Assembly (NCBI GenBank): GCA_964016885.1
Contig: OZ024758.1
Location: forward strand, 5,394,001-5,458,000
DNA length: 64,000 nt
Reading direction: 5' to 3'
Source: Eledone cirrhosa
Lineage: Eukaryota
Shown one piece after another: positions 27,109 to 40,740 of this stretch. The notes beneath the pieces are model-generated. The model was not told the DNA's origin, made no database searches, and saw only the letters and a list, made by a program, of their open reading frames with translations. Made by a program: the position numbers and the translations under genes. How positions within the stretch are numbered: the first letter of the stretch is position 1; every line of letters begins with the position of its first letter.

Positions 27109-27302
27109 AATATATGAACAATCGTCTGGTTGTGGAACCAACCAACCAACCAGAAATTTATAAATTTAATTTATAATAAATTGGAGTGAAAGCAACTGGT
27201 GTATGTGTTTCTTATTGGCAACATGACCCTCCCAAGTATAACAATATCGGTTTCAACACACGTTTTCAGATAAAGAATCTTGCTAAACAAATTCAGAAAC
27301 GA

Positions 27303-27338
<36 letters not shown>

Positions 27339-27419
27339 GTAATAATAATAAATTTGAAGACTAAAATCCAAAGAGGGCTCGATAATCAGCGGTTCTTTGC
27401 TTAAACTTTAATCTGTTAG

Positions 27420-27468
<49 letters not shown>

Positions 27469-28387
27469 TGTGCGTGTCTATGTATGCATGTATGAATATA
27501 GTAAGCTAGACAACCAGTAATTCTTAACTGTTAGCACTATCATATATTTTGTTTCTATTAATTCCCTAGGAATTGTTTGACCAAATGCTTTACTTATTTG
27601 TTTATTTATTTTAAAAACATTTTTATTCTCTCTCTTATACTTATTTTAAAAGATATTTTTAAAAGCAAAGTATTGGCCCCTAAAATACTATAGTGGGTCC
27701 CTGCAATGCTTGCAATTGGGCAACCTGGCCAGTCTGCCACTGCATACATCTATACATGCATGTATGTATGTATGATGGATGACCCCTCGTTATCGAGTAT
27801 GGCCATTGCACGAAAAATCAACAACAACAAAAAAAAGCATGCATATTAATAATTAACGGTGCTGCGATCGAATGTGGCTTTTTAGCCCAGTCAATGATCT
27901 AAAATGTCTTGCACAGAGTCGGCAACCAAAACATTCACTGGCCACCTATATACATATATACATATACACGTATGTATATATCTGTATATGTATATATGTC
28001 TATATGTCTACGTATATATGTATATGTATATGTGTATATGTATATATGTATATATGTGTAAATGTATATATGTATATATGTATATATGTATATAAGTGTA
28101 TATGTATGTATACATGTATATAAGTGTATATGTATATATGTATATATGTGTGGTTATATATATGTATATATGTATATAAGTGTATATGTATATATGTATA
28201 TATGTGCATATGTATATAAGGGTATATGTATACACTTATATACATATATACAGCCGATAACACACGTGTCTTTAGATCCGGTATTGTAGCCAATTAGTTT
28301 TGTTTGAGGAGAACTTTCGGTCAATGATCTTGTGACAAAAAATGGCTTGATGTTATATTGTGTGTACATACGTGTATATATGTAATA

Positions 28388-29405
28388 CTAGCAGTGGTAC
28401 CCGGCGTTGCACGGGATAAGGTATTGTGAAATATATAACCGCCTTAGCTAAACTTAGTATTGCCACAACCACGGCTGGCAAAGAAGTAAGGGTCTGGTGG
28501 TATGTAACTAAGCAACACTGGCTTAAAACGTGAGGAAGAAGTTGTGTGCACTTACCAACTGTTTGAGGAATGAGTGTGAGATTTGTCTTGAGTAAGGGTG
28601 GTAAAATAACCGGAGGCAGCAGACAGCCAGACAGATATTATCAGGGCGCGACGTTATATGTATGTATCTATCTAAAAAGAGAAAGACTAAGAATTATAGA
28701 GAGAGATCGCTAAATCGCCTAATGCGGTCCCTAGGGCATTGAAAATTTGAAATGCTCAGAACACTCCCTGAAACATAAGTATTACATGTGTAAAGTTTGA
28801 AAACACTCGGTTGGGTGGTTCTCTAGTTGTAGGGATTCAAACTCACACACACACAGACAGACATCCTCAGTTTTATATATAGAGACTAGCAGAAAACCAC
28901 TCGTTGAGCGGTTTTCTGCTAGTCTATATATCTAAAACAGAGAATGTCTGTCTGTCAGCTCACTAAAACTTGAGAACCATCCAACCGATTGTTTTCAAAC
29001 TTTAGACATGTAATACTTATGGTCCTGTGAGTGTTTTGAGCAAAGATTATTTCAAATTTTCAATGCCCTAGGGACCGCATTAGGCGATTTAGCGTTCTCT
29101 CTATATAATTCTTAGTCTTTCTTTTTAGATAGATACATAGATATAACGTTGCGCCCTTATAATGTCTGTCTGTATGTCTGTCTGTATGTCTGGCTGTCTG
29201 CATTACGTCATTATGACGCGCTCAGTGTGTGTGTGTATATATATATGTATCGTAATGCAGACAGCAAGACATAGCTTTCTTCCCCTCTTCCAGCGTCTCT
29301 CTCTCTCCCTCCCGCTACCCTCCCCCCTTGTAGTCTGTCTCTTTCTTTCACTCTACGCGTCGGACAGACAGACAGAGAAATTGCTGGTTATATATTATAA
29401 GGAGA
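28388..29405 (-). mobile_element. Non-autonomous Helitron (composite), copy 2, inverted relative to copy 1
   Basis: Minus strand reads A|TCTCCTTATAATATATAACC ... cccgtgcaacgccgggtaccactgCTAG|T. Colinear and highly similar to 23177-24287. Confidence 0.82.
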
Positions 29406-30256
29406 TAATTGTTTTTACTTTTGGCACAATGCCAGCAATTACCCAGTACATTACAGGTACTTTATTTTATCGACCCCGTATGGATGAAAGGCAAAGTTAA
29501 CCTCGGCGGGATTTGAACTCAGATCGTAAAGGGACATAACTCTATACTGGAAAGCATGTCCGACCCTCTACCGATACTGCCAATCCACTGTAATATGTAA
29601 TATAATTGTTTATACTTTTGGCACAAGGCCAGCAATTATCCAGTGTATTACTGGTACTTTATTTTATCGACTCTGTTAGGATGAAAGGCAAAGTTAACCT
29701 CGGCGGGATTTGAACTCATGTTTCCTTTATTAACCACAAAAGGGTTTACAAAAAAAATACATTAAGGACGGTACAGGACAGTACAAATATGGGTCCCTGC
29801 GTTTATAAAAGAAAAACAAAAACAAAGGATGTAACAAAAAAATAGAAACAGAGGAAAATTCCCCAACAGGGAGAATATTTCCGAGGGTGACTCGTAGAGA
29901 AAGGCCACAAAAAGCCACGGTGACCCTGACCACCAGAAGGATAGATAGAATGATATAGAATGGAAGTGAGAAAGAGATATAGAGGAAGAATCAACCCCAG
30001 TAGCAGACTGGTACTTTTTTTTTTTTATCAATTTCGAAAGGATGAAAAGCAAAATTGACATCAGGATTTGAACTCTGGCAATAGAGCCGGAACGAACACT
30101 ACAAAGCATTCTATCCAATGATCTAACAACCCTGCCAATTTGCCGCCTTAAAATAAATGAATACCTGAAAAAGAAAAATTGCTCGAAAATTTGAAGTCAT
30201 AGCGACTACACAAAAATTGAAAGTCAAAAGGATCGTATCTTAGCTGTGAAAACATA

Positions 30257-30428
30257 CCGTATTTCCCGGCGCCGAAGACGCTTCGTCCTCGAGGACGCAC
30301 CCTAATTTTGACAACCAAAAATTTGAAAAAAATAAATAAATAAACAACCTTCGGCCTCCAGGACGCATTGAAGATTTTTGAGACTTATTTTAGGAAAAAA
30401 GTAGCGTCTTCGACGCCGGGAAGTACGG
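30257..30428. mobile_element. pogo/Tigger-type MITE; second copy at 15063-15231
   Basis: TA|CCGTATTTCCCGGCGCCGAAGACGC ... GCGTCTTCGACGCCGGGAAGTACGG|TA. Confidence 0.8.
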
Positions 30429-30519
30429 TAGTTCTGATTGTCACCAATCAGCTTTCTATTGGTCTGTGTCCAGTGTGACTTCAGCCAGTTTAATGATCCA
30501 GTCTGTTTTGGCTTTATGC

Positions 30520-30655
<136 letters not shown>

Positions 30656-30747
30656 AACTAGCTGTTGAAACGGCAAGAGGTCAGCCGTCGAGGTCCTGCC
30701 TCATTCATATGTGTATATATAAAGTTATTTATCTATTCAATATACAC

Positions 30748-30949
30748 CAGGCATGTCAAACTGAGGGTCCCTTGAGGATCACATGGGTCACATATGTGTT
30801 GTCTGAGGGTCACACACGACAACTATTTGCGCGCATTACAACTATTTTTTAAAAATTTTATATTACGAAGATAAAACATAATGGCGCTGTAAAAACCTTT
30901 GTGCGGACCACATGTGTGCTTGTAAAGGGCTGCGTGTTTGACATGCCTG
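30748..30949. mobile_element. hAT-type MITE; second copy at 46590-46811 nested in a SINE
   Basis: TIR CAGGCATGTCAAAC / GTTTGACATGCCTG with 8-bp TSD atatacac / atgtacac. Confidence 0.85.
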
Positions 30950-33900
30950 ATGTACACAATACAAAATCTCAGAATGTCGAGAATAACCATTGACATTATA
31001 TAAAAATACTTCAGCAGTATCTAATAAAAACAAAAACACTATTAAGAGGATCACAAAAGGAAGAACAAAAAAAGAAAATCAATAAAAGAAAAAGAAAGAA
31101 GGGTCAAACAACAAAAGAAAGGGAGGGGGAGTCTTCAGTTAAGATCATCGTCCATTTTTCTTTTACGTCGAACCCACCCTCACCGCACTAATTCTTCTAT
31201 ACTTGCCCAATATGGTTATGAGTGGTTCATTCGTTTCATCAACAGCAAACCTGCCCACTCTCCTCGTCCGACGGGGAGATCTTCCACCCACTTTGTAAAT
31301 CTCCCCATAGGGTGCTGGATTGACAGTATCGGTAGAGCGCCGGACAACATGCTTTGTAGCAGAGAGTTACTGTCCTTTACGTTCTGCGTTCAAATCCCGC
31401 CGAGGTTAGCTTTGCCTTTCATCCTTACGGGGTCGATAAAATAAAGTACCAGTCACACACTGACATAATTGCTGGCCTTGTGCCTAAATCAGAAACCATT
31501 ATGTAAAATCTCCTCATTTCTCCCCGTTTCGGGCACTTTTCTTTTCATAGTACTCCTTAGAGGTTGGCATATCTGGCTTGTCAGTGACATAACATTCCAT
31601 AGAGATGTTGTGTACCGTTAAGGTAATTCTTGAAGAGATGCAGTATGACCCAGTGTATTACAAGTACAATTAGTCTGGCGGACTTTCAAACAGTTTCTGT
31701 CAATCCAAGTTCACTGACAAGCCATACCTGCCAACCTCTAAAAACCCCAACACAAAAAAAGTGCCCCGAAACGGGGTGAAATGAGGCAAAATGGGCAGAT
31801 TTTACATAACGAAATCTATACCTATTTTCTCAAGAGAAGACATCTGTCGTCCACCCGAAAACCTATTGCAAATCTCCCAGTCGGACGGGGAGAGTTGACA
31901 GGTCTGGTAATATTTGGGGCAGTGAAGTTGATTAAATGAACCACAGCAAAGCAACGTTGACCTCGATGGGATTTGAATTCGTAAGAACGTAAACGGCCGA
32001 AACTGAATACAGAAGCAAAATGGGGAGATTTTACATAATGAAAGCTATACCCATTTTCACAAGAGAAGACATCTCTCACACACCCCAAACTGGGTGGGAG
32101 ATCTCCCTGTCGGGTGGGGAGAATTGATAGGTCTGTTATATTTGTGCTGTTCCAGACTTTGTGTAGTCTCAACTTAGTTTCTTTTCTATTAAGGCGTTAG
32201 TTCGAGATTTGATAACATTTAGCTGCTATTTCTAGTAGGTCAAGTGAACAAGTAGAGGTCACCCTGTTGACATGCAAAAAGCTTAGCTGTTGTTTCGTCA
32301 CAGGACAACATTGACTGAGCTGACCTATGACTAAACACACACCAGCAGTGTTCTAAGACCACAATAGGAGAAAAATTGAGGAAAATTTGACAGCTATTTC
32401 TCACAGTTCTAGTGATCAGGTAGAGTTCCTGAAAGTGGGTGGGAGATCTCCCCGTCGAACGAGGAGAGTTGACAGGTCTGCTGATAAGGCATGATTCGCT
32501 GTATATGCGATCAATTTATCATAAGATAAATGGGTGTGTGTGTGTAGAGGAGTGGTGAGACCCTCTTGATGTAGTACGAGAAAGGAAAAGGTTTTGATCT
32601 CAGCTCTGATCAATCCCACATACCATAACAAACATTCTATTAACCCTCACACCTCGAATATCAGTACTCTGTTATGTTTTTCGTTTTGCTTTCGTCAGTT
32701 TCTTGGAAATTCCTGTTTGTTCATATTGCAATTCCTGTTTAACTTATCCCGAATTATATCTACACCTTGCAGAAAAGCAGAACAGCAGAACAATAGAACA
32801 GCAGAACAACAGAACAATAGAAGAACAGAACAATAGAAGAACAGAACAATAGAACAACAGAATAGAACATAGTAGAACATTTTATGGAATCTTCGAAAAA
32901 AAGACGGCTCAGTTTCTATTTGTTTACGACACCAGACTCGTGTAGAGATGAAAGTTGATATTAGGCTTTGATGAGATGTGAAATGTCGGCTCTATTTCAA
33001 CCAATCATTATTTCCTGTAAAGGTTACTGGTATATACATGGATAGGTTGACTATAAAGGAGTGATGTTAGAGCTGTGAAATCTTGCATTCTTATTAATAA
33101 CTGCACTAAAACTTCAGGGGAGTAAACCCATCGAAATTGTAGGCCCAAGCCAACTGGAGGTTCCTCTCTCCTGGACTGGACACCAGACATCTCACAGGAT
33201 CCAGGACTCACTCATTCAAACCCTGCATTAATCGTTTATATAATTATTTCCATATTTGGCACAAGGCTAGCAGTTTAAATGGAAGGAGCAAGTTGATTAA
33301 ATCGACCCCAATGTATTACTGCTACTTTATTTTATCGACCCTGTAAGAATGAAAGACAAAGCTAACCTCGGCAGAATTTGAACTCAGAATGTAAAGAGAC
33401 GTAACTCTATACCGGAAAGCAAGTTGTCCAACACTCTATCACTCCACCACCCTCTTAATCCTTTATATAATACCTACCGTAGTTTATCATCCCCAGGTCA
33501 GCCACCTTTGATCAGATCTATAATCAAAGAGATTCCAGCTGTGATCTAGAAGCGTAAATATAGGAGTGGGTGGTTAAAGGGGAGGTCCACCATTTTGGTC
33601 AACTATTCTCCGGTTCCAAATAATTTTTTCTACTTTTGGCACAAGGCCAGCAATTATCTCAGTACATTACTGGTACTTTATTTTATCAACCCCGTAAGGA
33701 TGAAAGGCAAAGTTAACCTTGGCGGGATTTGAATTCAGACCATAAAGGGACGTTTGGAAAATCGGTCATTTTTCTAGGTTGTCTCCGTTGATTTTTAAAA
33801 AACCAGAATTAATCGTTTAGTTTACATACTGAGACTCCAACCTATCCTATTTATTTTATAACATATAGGATTTCTAGTAATGTACATTTTTTTATCATGT

Positions 33901-34399
33901 ATAATGTTTTTTTTTTTGTTGTTATGTGTAAAGAAAATTAATTGTCGCCGGAATGCTACTACTTAAAATAAAATTAAAAAAAAAAAAAAATTTAAATAAA
34001 ATTTCGCCGGAGATTGATTCAATAAACGGCGGTGGGGTCTGAAAAGTTTATAAGCGGAGGTGGCATTATTCGAGACCCGAGAATACCCATTTAGTTGGGG
34101 TGGGATAGGGAGCAAACGGATGGATGCCCCATTGGCGGCACAAACTCTAACTGTGGCTCTGCCATGATCATCCATCTAATGGATCCGTTTCTAAGACAAT
34201 AGAATGATTTGAGTGAGATTTGGCTGCAACTTCTGGTACATCGACTGACCTCCTAGCTGCCCTCTTGTTATTAGCTCCTATCATGGTTTCTGATTTAGGC
34301 ATAAGGCCAACAATTTCGGGAGGTGAATTCTATTAAATCGACCCCAGTACGTTACTGGTACTTTATTTTATCGACCCCCGCAAAGATGTTGAATGATGT

Positions 34400-34861
34400 G
34401 CCAAAATATACGCCCAGAGCGAGAAAAGGGAAGCAAAAACAAAAACGACCTTCTATTCACCACCATGTGCAACGAGCGGGTCACACCACCACAAAGGTCA
34501 ACGGAATATTTTGTGGAAAGCCAATATGCTGGCAGCATTACCAAGTGTGATGGCGAGGCTAAGGTGCTGAAACGCCCAAGCACCCTCACGGGCATCACCT
34601 TACACCTTAGTAAGGTCAGGTGATGGCGAAGCTAAGGCGCTGAAACAACCAAACAACCCCACGAGCATCACCTGATACCCCAGTAAGGTCAGGTGATGCC
34701 GAGGCTAAGGCGCTGAAACGCCCAAGCACCCTCACGGGCATCACCTGACACCCCAGTAAGGTGAACCGCCAACGATGACAAGAACTTCGCTGTCAGCGGC
34801 CCAATTCCACCAAACATCTCGAACACCACAGAGTGGATGGCTTTGAATAACACTGACAGGC

Positions 34862-34863
<2 letters not shown>
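34400..34863 (-). mobile_element. Second copy of the CRE-like 3' fragment
   Basis: Near-identical to 24730-25263, with the same 5' junction onto (GAA)n. Confidence 0.6.
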
Positions 34864-34892
<29 letters not shown>

Positions 34893-34926
34893 CTTCTTCT
34901 TTTTCTTCTTCTTCTTCTTCTTCTTC

Positions 34927-35270
34927 GCCCACTTATTTCTGAGAGGGCCATGGGAGCAGAGTCTCCAAACACTCCTTCCAGCGGGTCCTGTCAGAAGCAA
35001 CCATCTCCAACTGATCTGGCTGGTCCCCAAGCAAGATCAGCCAATCTCATGGATGTTATCCAACCATCTTTCCCCTCGCTCTCCTGCTGGTTGGTTTTGC
35101 CCATAAAATCTGTCCAGCATTTCTTTCCTAAGACATTCTAACCACATGCCCACAGTATAGGAGCTGTGGTCTCTCAATTCGGAGAAGTAGTGGCTCTACC
35201 TGGAATGACTTTCTGATCTCCGAGCCACGCACTCTATCGAGTAGCGTTACTCCAAAGACCCTTCGTTTAT
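34927..35270 (-). mobile_element. RTE-type LINE 3' end with (GAA)n tail; related copies at ~2740-3120 (+) and ~61140-61305 (+)
   Basis: Peptide RRVFGVTLLDRVRGSEIRKSFQVEPLLLRIERPQLLYCGHVVRM. Shared DNA motif 'gatggttggataacatccatgag' and GAA-rich tails. Confidence 0.7.
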
Positions 35271-35359
35271 CACTGCAAATTTTAATCTTGTAAAATATAA
35301 AAACCCTTTTGAATTTCATGAAATTATCGGTTTAAAAAATGAGAATCAACTCAAAGATA

Positions 35360-36278
35360 ACTCCTTTAAATATAGGTTTTTAATTTACTTTAAATATAGA
35401 TTTTTATTTTACTTTAAATATAGATTTTTAATTTACTTTAAATATAGATTTTTATTTTACTTTAAATATAGATTTTTAATTTACTTTAAATATAGATTTT
35501 TAATTTACTTTAAATATAGATTTTTATTTTACTTTAAATATAGATTTTTAATTTACTTTAAATATAGATTTTTATTTTACTTTAAATATAGATTTTTATT
35601 TTACTTTAAATATAGATTTTTATTTTACTTTAAATATAGATTTTTAATTTACTTTAAATATAGATTTTTAATTTACTTTAAATATAGATTTTTATTTTAC
35701 TTTAAATATAGATTTTTAATTTACTTTAAATATAGATTTTTATTTTACTTTAAATATAGATTTTTATTTTACTTTAAATATAGATTTTTATTTTACTTTA
35801 AATATAGATTTTTAATTTACTTTAAATATAGATTTTTATTTTACTTTAAATATAGATTTTTAATTTACTTTAAATATAGATTTTTATTTTACTTTAAATA
35901 TAGATTTTTAATTTACTTTAAATATAGATTTTTATTTTACTTTAAATATAGATTTTTATTTTACTTTAAATATAGATTTTTATTTTACTTTAAATATAGA
36001 TTTTTATTTTACTTTAAATATAGATTTTTAATTTACTTTAAATATAGATTTTTATTTTACTTTAAATATAGATTTTTATTTTACCTTAAATATAGATTTT
36101 TAATTTACTTTAAATATAGATTTTTATTTTACTTTAAATATAGATTTTTATTTTACTTTAAATATAGATTTTTATTTTACTTTAAATATAGATTTTTATT
36201 TTACTTTAAATATAGATTTTTAATTTACTTTAAATATAGATTTTTAATTTACTTTAAATATAGATTTTTAATTTACTT
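35360..36278. repeat. 24-bp AT-rich minisatellite (tttaaatatagattttta[a/t]tttac), about 38 copies
   Basis: Directly visible tandem array with two unit variants. Confidence 0.95.
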
Positions 36279-36735
36279 GTTAAATTTTCACTTGGTGCTA
36301 TTAAAAAAAAAAAGCTCCCTTTTTTAAAAAAAGTTTTATGTTACCTTTTGTAAAATTAATCGGGTCACTGACTTCAACTAATGACTAATGTTGAATAAGT
36401 TTAGGGCAAGGGTTTGTAATAATTACAATAAAGGAGCTCTAAATCTGAAAACAAAAATTGGCACAAAGGTTAAAGAGCGAATAAAGTAGATTGCAAGTGA
36501 TGCTTAATAAACGCGAGACTTGCTAGAAAGTTAATCCGGCATTGTTAACACACACACACATACACACACACACATACACATAAACATACACATACACATA
36601 CACGCACGCACACACACACACATACACATACACGCATGCACACACGCACACACACACGTACATGCGCGCGCGCACACACACACACACATCTGCATACATA
36701 AAAAAACGCGCGCTTACAGATAGGCATATACATAC

Positions 36736-36781
<46 letters not shown>

Positions 36782-36984
36782 CTGTGTGAGTGTGTGTGTA
36801 TGTATGTGTGTGACATTCCCCTCCCCCCAAATGACTCTCTCCCTCCCCATCTCTCTGTATGGTGAGCAAATAGAGTCGTCCTACGTGCTGGCCTCCTCCC
36901 CACGGCCCCGGCGGACAGAACGGAGAAGGCGTTTTCCTGGAGGATGGTAAGGGGGGGGGGGTGCGCTGGAAGAGCCATTCCATA

Positions 36985-37448
36985 CAAAAAGACATAACCC
37001 AGCTCCCTGGAATCGAACACCTCTCTCTCTCTCTCTCTCTCCCCTTCCCCCTCTATCTCCCCCTCTCTCTCTCTCTTACAAAGACATAACCCAGTTCCTT
37101 GGAATTGAAGGAATTGAACACCCCCCTCTCTCACTCTCTCTCTCTCTCTCTCTCCCTCTCTCTCTCTCTCCCTCTCTCTCTCCCCCTATCTCACACTCTC
37201 TCTCTCTCTTTTTTCTCTTACAAAGACATAACCCAGCTACCCGGAATCGAAGGAATCGAACACTTCCCTCCCTTACAAAGACATAACCTACTTCCCGAGA
37301 ATCGAACATTTCCCTCCCTTGCAAAGACATAACCTACTTCCCTAGAATCGAACATTTCCCTCTCTTGCAAAGACATAACCTACTTCCCTAGAATCGAACA
37401 TTTCCCTCCCTTACAAAGACATAACCCAGCTGCCTCTGGGATCGAACT
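36985..37448. repeat. 46-bp repeat; the first units are interrupted by (CT)n expansions
   Basis: caaagacataacc...gaatcgaaca recurs 7 times, at 46-bp spacing from 37276. Confidence 0.8.
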
Positions 37449-38199
37449 CTCTATCCAGGCCGTGAAACATGTTAATTAGTAAACCACACTCAATAATTGT
37501 CCTACTTTCATGAGCAATAAACTTCGACACAGACCAATCGTTGAGTACTCCTTGTTTCCGGGTTCAACTTTTGTCCGTTTTGTTTTCAGAGTTTTTCTCT
37601 CTTTTTTTTTACGTGTTTGTGTAAATATTGATTTCTTTTGTATATGTATGTGTGTGTACTTGTGTACGTGTGTACGTGTGTACGTGTGTACGTGTGTACG
37701 TGAGTCTGTTTGTGTGTGTGTACGTGTGTCTGTGTATGTACGTGTGTCTGTGTGTGTGTGTACGTGTGTACGTGTGTACGTGTGTACGTGTCTGTGTGTG
37801 TGTACATGGGTCTGTGTATGTACGTGTGTCTGTGTCTGTGTACGTGTGTACGTGTGTACGTGTGTACGTGTGTCTGTGTGTGTGTACGTGTACGCGTGTC
37901 TGTGTGTGTACGTGTGTACGTGTGTACGTGTGTCTGTGTGTGTGTACGTGTGTATGTGTATGTGTATGTGTGTCTGTGTGTGTGTACGTGTGTCTGTGTA
38001 TGTGTGTGTCTGTGTGTACGCGTGTCTGTGTGAGTGTGTATGTGTGTGAGAGAGAGAGAGTGAGTGTGTGTGTCTATGTGTGAGTGTTTATGTGTGAGTG
38101 TCTATGTGTGTGTGTATGTGTGTGTTTACATGTGCACGTGTGTCTGTGTGAGTGTGTATATGTGTGTGTGAGAGAGAGTGTGTATGTGTGAGTGTCTAT

Positions 38200-38778
38200 G
38201 TGTGTGTATGTGTGTATGTGTGTATGTATGTATATATGTGTGTATATATATAAAAGCTATATATCTATAAGTAGATGTATATGTGCGTGTATGTGTGTGT
38301 ATGTGTGTATGTATGTATATATGTGTGTATATATAAAAGCTATATATCTATAAGTAGATGTATATGTGTGTGTATGTGTGTGTATGTGTGTATGTATGTA
38401 TATATGTGTGTATATATAAAAGCTATATATCTATAAGTAGATGTATATGTGTGTGTATGTGTGTGTATGTGTGTATGTATGTATATATGTGTGTATATAT
38501 AAAAGCTATATATCTATAAGTAGATGTATATGTGTGTGTATGTGTGTGTATGTGTGTATGTATGTATATATGTGTGTATATATAAAAGCTATATATCTAT
38601 AAGTAGATGTATATGTGTGTGTATGTGTGTGTATGTGTGTATGTATGTATATATGTGTGTATATATAAAAGCTATATATCTATAAGTAGATGTATATGTG
38701 TGTGTATGTGTGTGTATGTGTGTATGTATGTATATATGTGTGTATATATAAAAGCTATATATCTATAAGTAGATGTAA
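38200..38778. repeat. 83-bp tandem repeat, 7 copies
   Basis: aaaagctatatatctataagtagatg recurs at exact 83-bp spacing. Confidence 0.9.
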
Positions 38779-38898
38779 ATGATATGTGACGTTCTAGGAA
38801 ATATTACATTATATATGAAGTTATAGGATTTCATCAATAAATATTGACTTCGTAATTCGATTAGCCAAGTGTACTATGTTCTTGACTGGCATTCGCCA

Positions 38899-38938
<40 letters not shown>

Positions 38939-39083
38939 AAAATGTTTAAGACCACGACGGCAGAGCTCAAGCCGTTTCGACGGCTATTTCTGGACGCACT
39001 CTACTACCCAAAGTATTGAGTACTCTGGTGCGTTATAGTTCACCTGGTTCCTTAGCACACTTCCTTCGTTATATATATATATG

Positions 39084-39170
<87 letters not shown>

Positions 39171-39273
39171 ATGGGCGGGGTGGAATTGGAAAAAAAGTAT
39201 ATATATATATATATATACTTTTTTTCCAACTCCAACCCGCCCGTCCCTTCAATCTATGTTATTCCTTATTCTT

Positions 39274-39309
39274 TCTTCTGATGAAGGACTAGCGTCCGAA
39301 ACGTTAAGA
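39274..39309 (+). ncRNA. Minimal type I hammerhead ribozyme (Penelope-type)
   Basis: TCTT-CTGATGA-A-GGAC(TAGC)GTCC-GAAA-CG-T-T-AAGA. Stem I UCUU/AAGA, intact core, 4-bp stem II, palindromic ACGU stem III, GUU cleavage triplet. Confidence 0.8.
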
Positions 39310-39390
39310 CCCTCTTCCTGCTATATCAAGCGTTAACCTAATATATTCCTTCCATATACTGTACCGATTGTGTTGTTATTTCTGTTTACC

Positions 39391-39471
<81 letters not shown>

Positions 39472-39502
39472 CATACATACATATATACAAATAAATAAAT
39501 AA

Positions 39503-39590
<88 letters not shown>

Positions 39591-40171
39591 TATATATCAA
39601 GAAGTATTCGGGATTTCAGTTGATACTTCACTTGTTATTACTCAACCCCAGATTAGCCCTGATTGAGCAGACCTAATATGAAAGGCGTTGGCATGGCAAT
39701 CTGGGGAGGGGGATCCAGACCTAGTATATGTAGGATTATAGGCAGCCAATTGGTAGAGTGGTTAGCACGTCGGTTAGATTGTTACGCGATATCGTTCCGA
39801 CTTTCTACTCTGTGTGTTCAAATCGTGCCAAGGTCAAATTTGTCTTTCACCCATGGAAGGACAAACAACAAAGTCCTCTTCACTGGGATTTGAATACAGA
39901 ACGAAAGTGGCATAATTAAATGTTATATCGGTTTTACAATTTACCACATTATTGTCGATTTTTAATTTGGAAACAAGGCCTAAAATATGTTTATTATTTC
40001 AACCTCGGCCCATCAGAGACCTTCTTTTCTTTAGTCATTTCTATTGTTTTTCCCCAGATCCTGTACTAAACGCTTTCCTCAGTCATTCCTAGCGTAATTG
40101 TAACTTTCCGGAGCTCTCTCAGTATCCAAATTTTTATTTGCGGGCAATGACCCGCAAAAACTTAAACTGAA

Positions 40172-40740
40172 CATCAATGGCGTCGATATTTCCAAATCAG
40201 GGAAACACTGTAAACTGAAGATCAACGACTTCGATCTTTCCAAATCGGGGAGAGACTGTAAACTGTGCACCAACGGCTTCGATCTTTCCAAATCAGGGAG
40301 ACATTGTAAACTGAAGATCAACGACTTCGATCTTTCCAAATTAGGGAGACATTGTAAACTGAAGATCAACGGATTCGATCTTTCCAAATCAGGGAAACAC
40401 TGTAAACTAAAGATCAATGGCTTCGATCTTTCCAAATCAGGGAAACACTGTAAACTGAAGATCAATGGCTTCGATCTTTCCAAATCAGTGAGAGACTGTA
40501 AACTAAAGATCAATGGCTTCGATCTTTCCAAATCAGGGAAACACTGTAAACTGAAGATCAACGACTTCGATCTTTCCAAATCGGGGAGAGACTGTAAACT
40601 GTGCACCAACGGCTTCGATCTTTCCAAATCAGGGAAACACTGTAAACTGAAGATCAATGACTTCGATATTTCCAAATCAGTGAGAGACTGTAAACTAAAG
40701 ATCAATGACTTCGATCTTTCCCAATCAGTGAGAGACTGTA
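40172..40740. repeat. 60-bp minisatellite, about 9.5 copies
   Basis: Unit like ttcgatctttccaaatcagggaaacactgtaaactgaagatcaacgac. It yields a 16-aa periodic ORF (SLQCFPDLERSKPLIF), so the true period is 48 bp and the copy number about 12; the unit length needs confirming with a tandem-repeat finder. Confidence 0.6.

Noticed and set aside
32964-32991. ggct-TTGATGA-gatgt-GAAA-tg-TC-ggct hammerhead-like string
   Set aside because: C3 is mutated, there is virtually no stem II and stem I is weak, so it could be chance.
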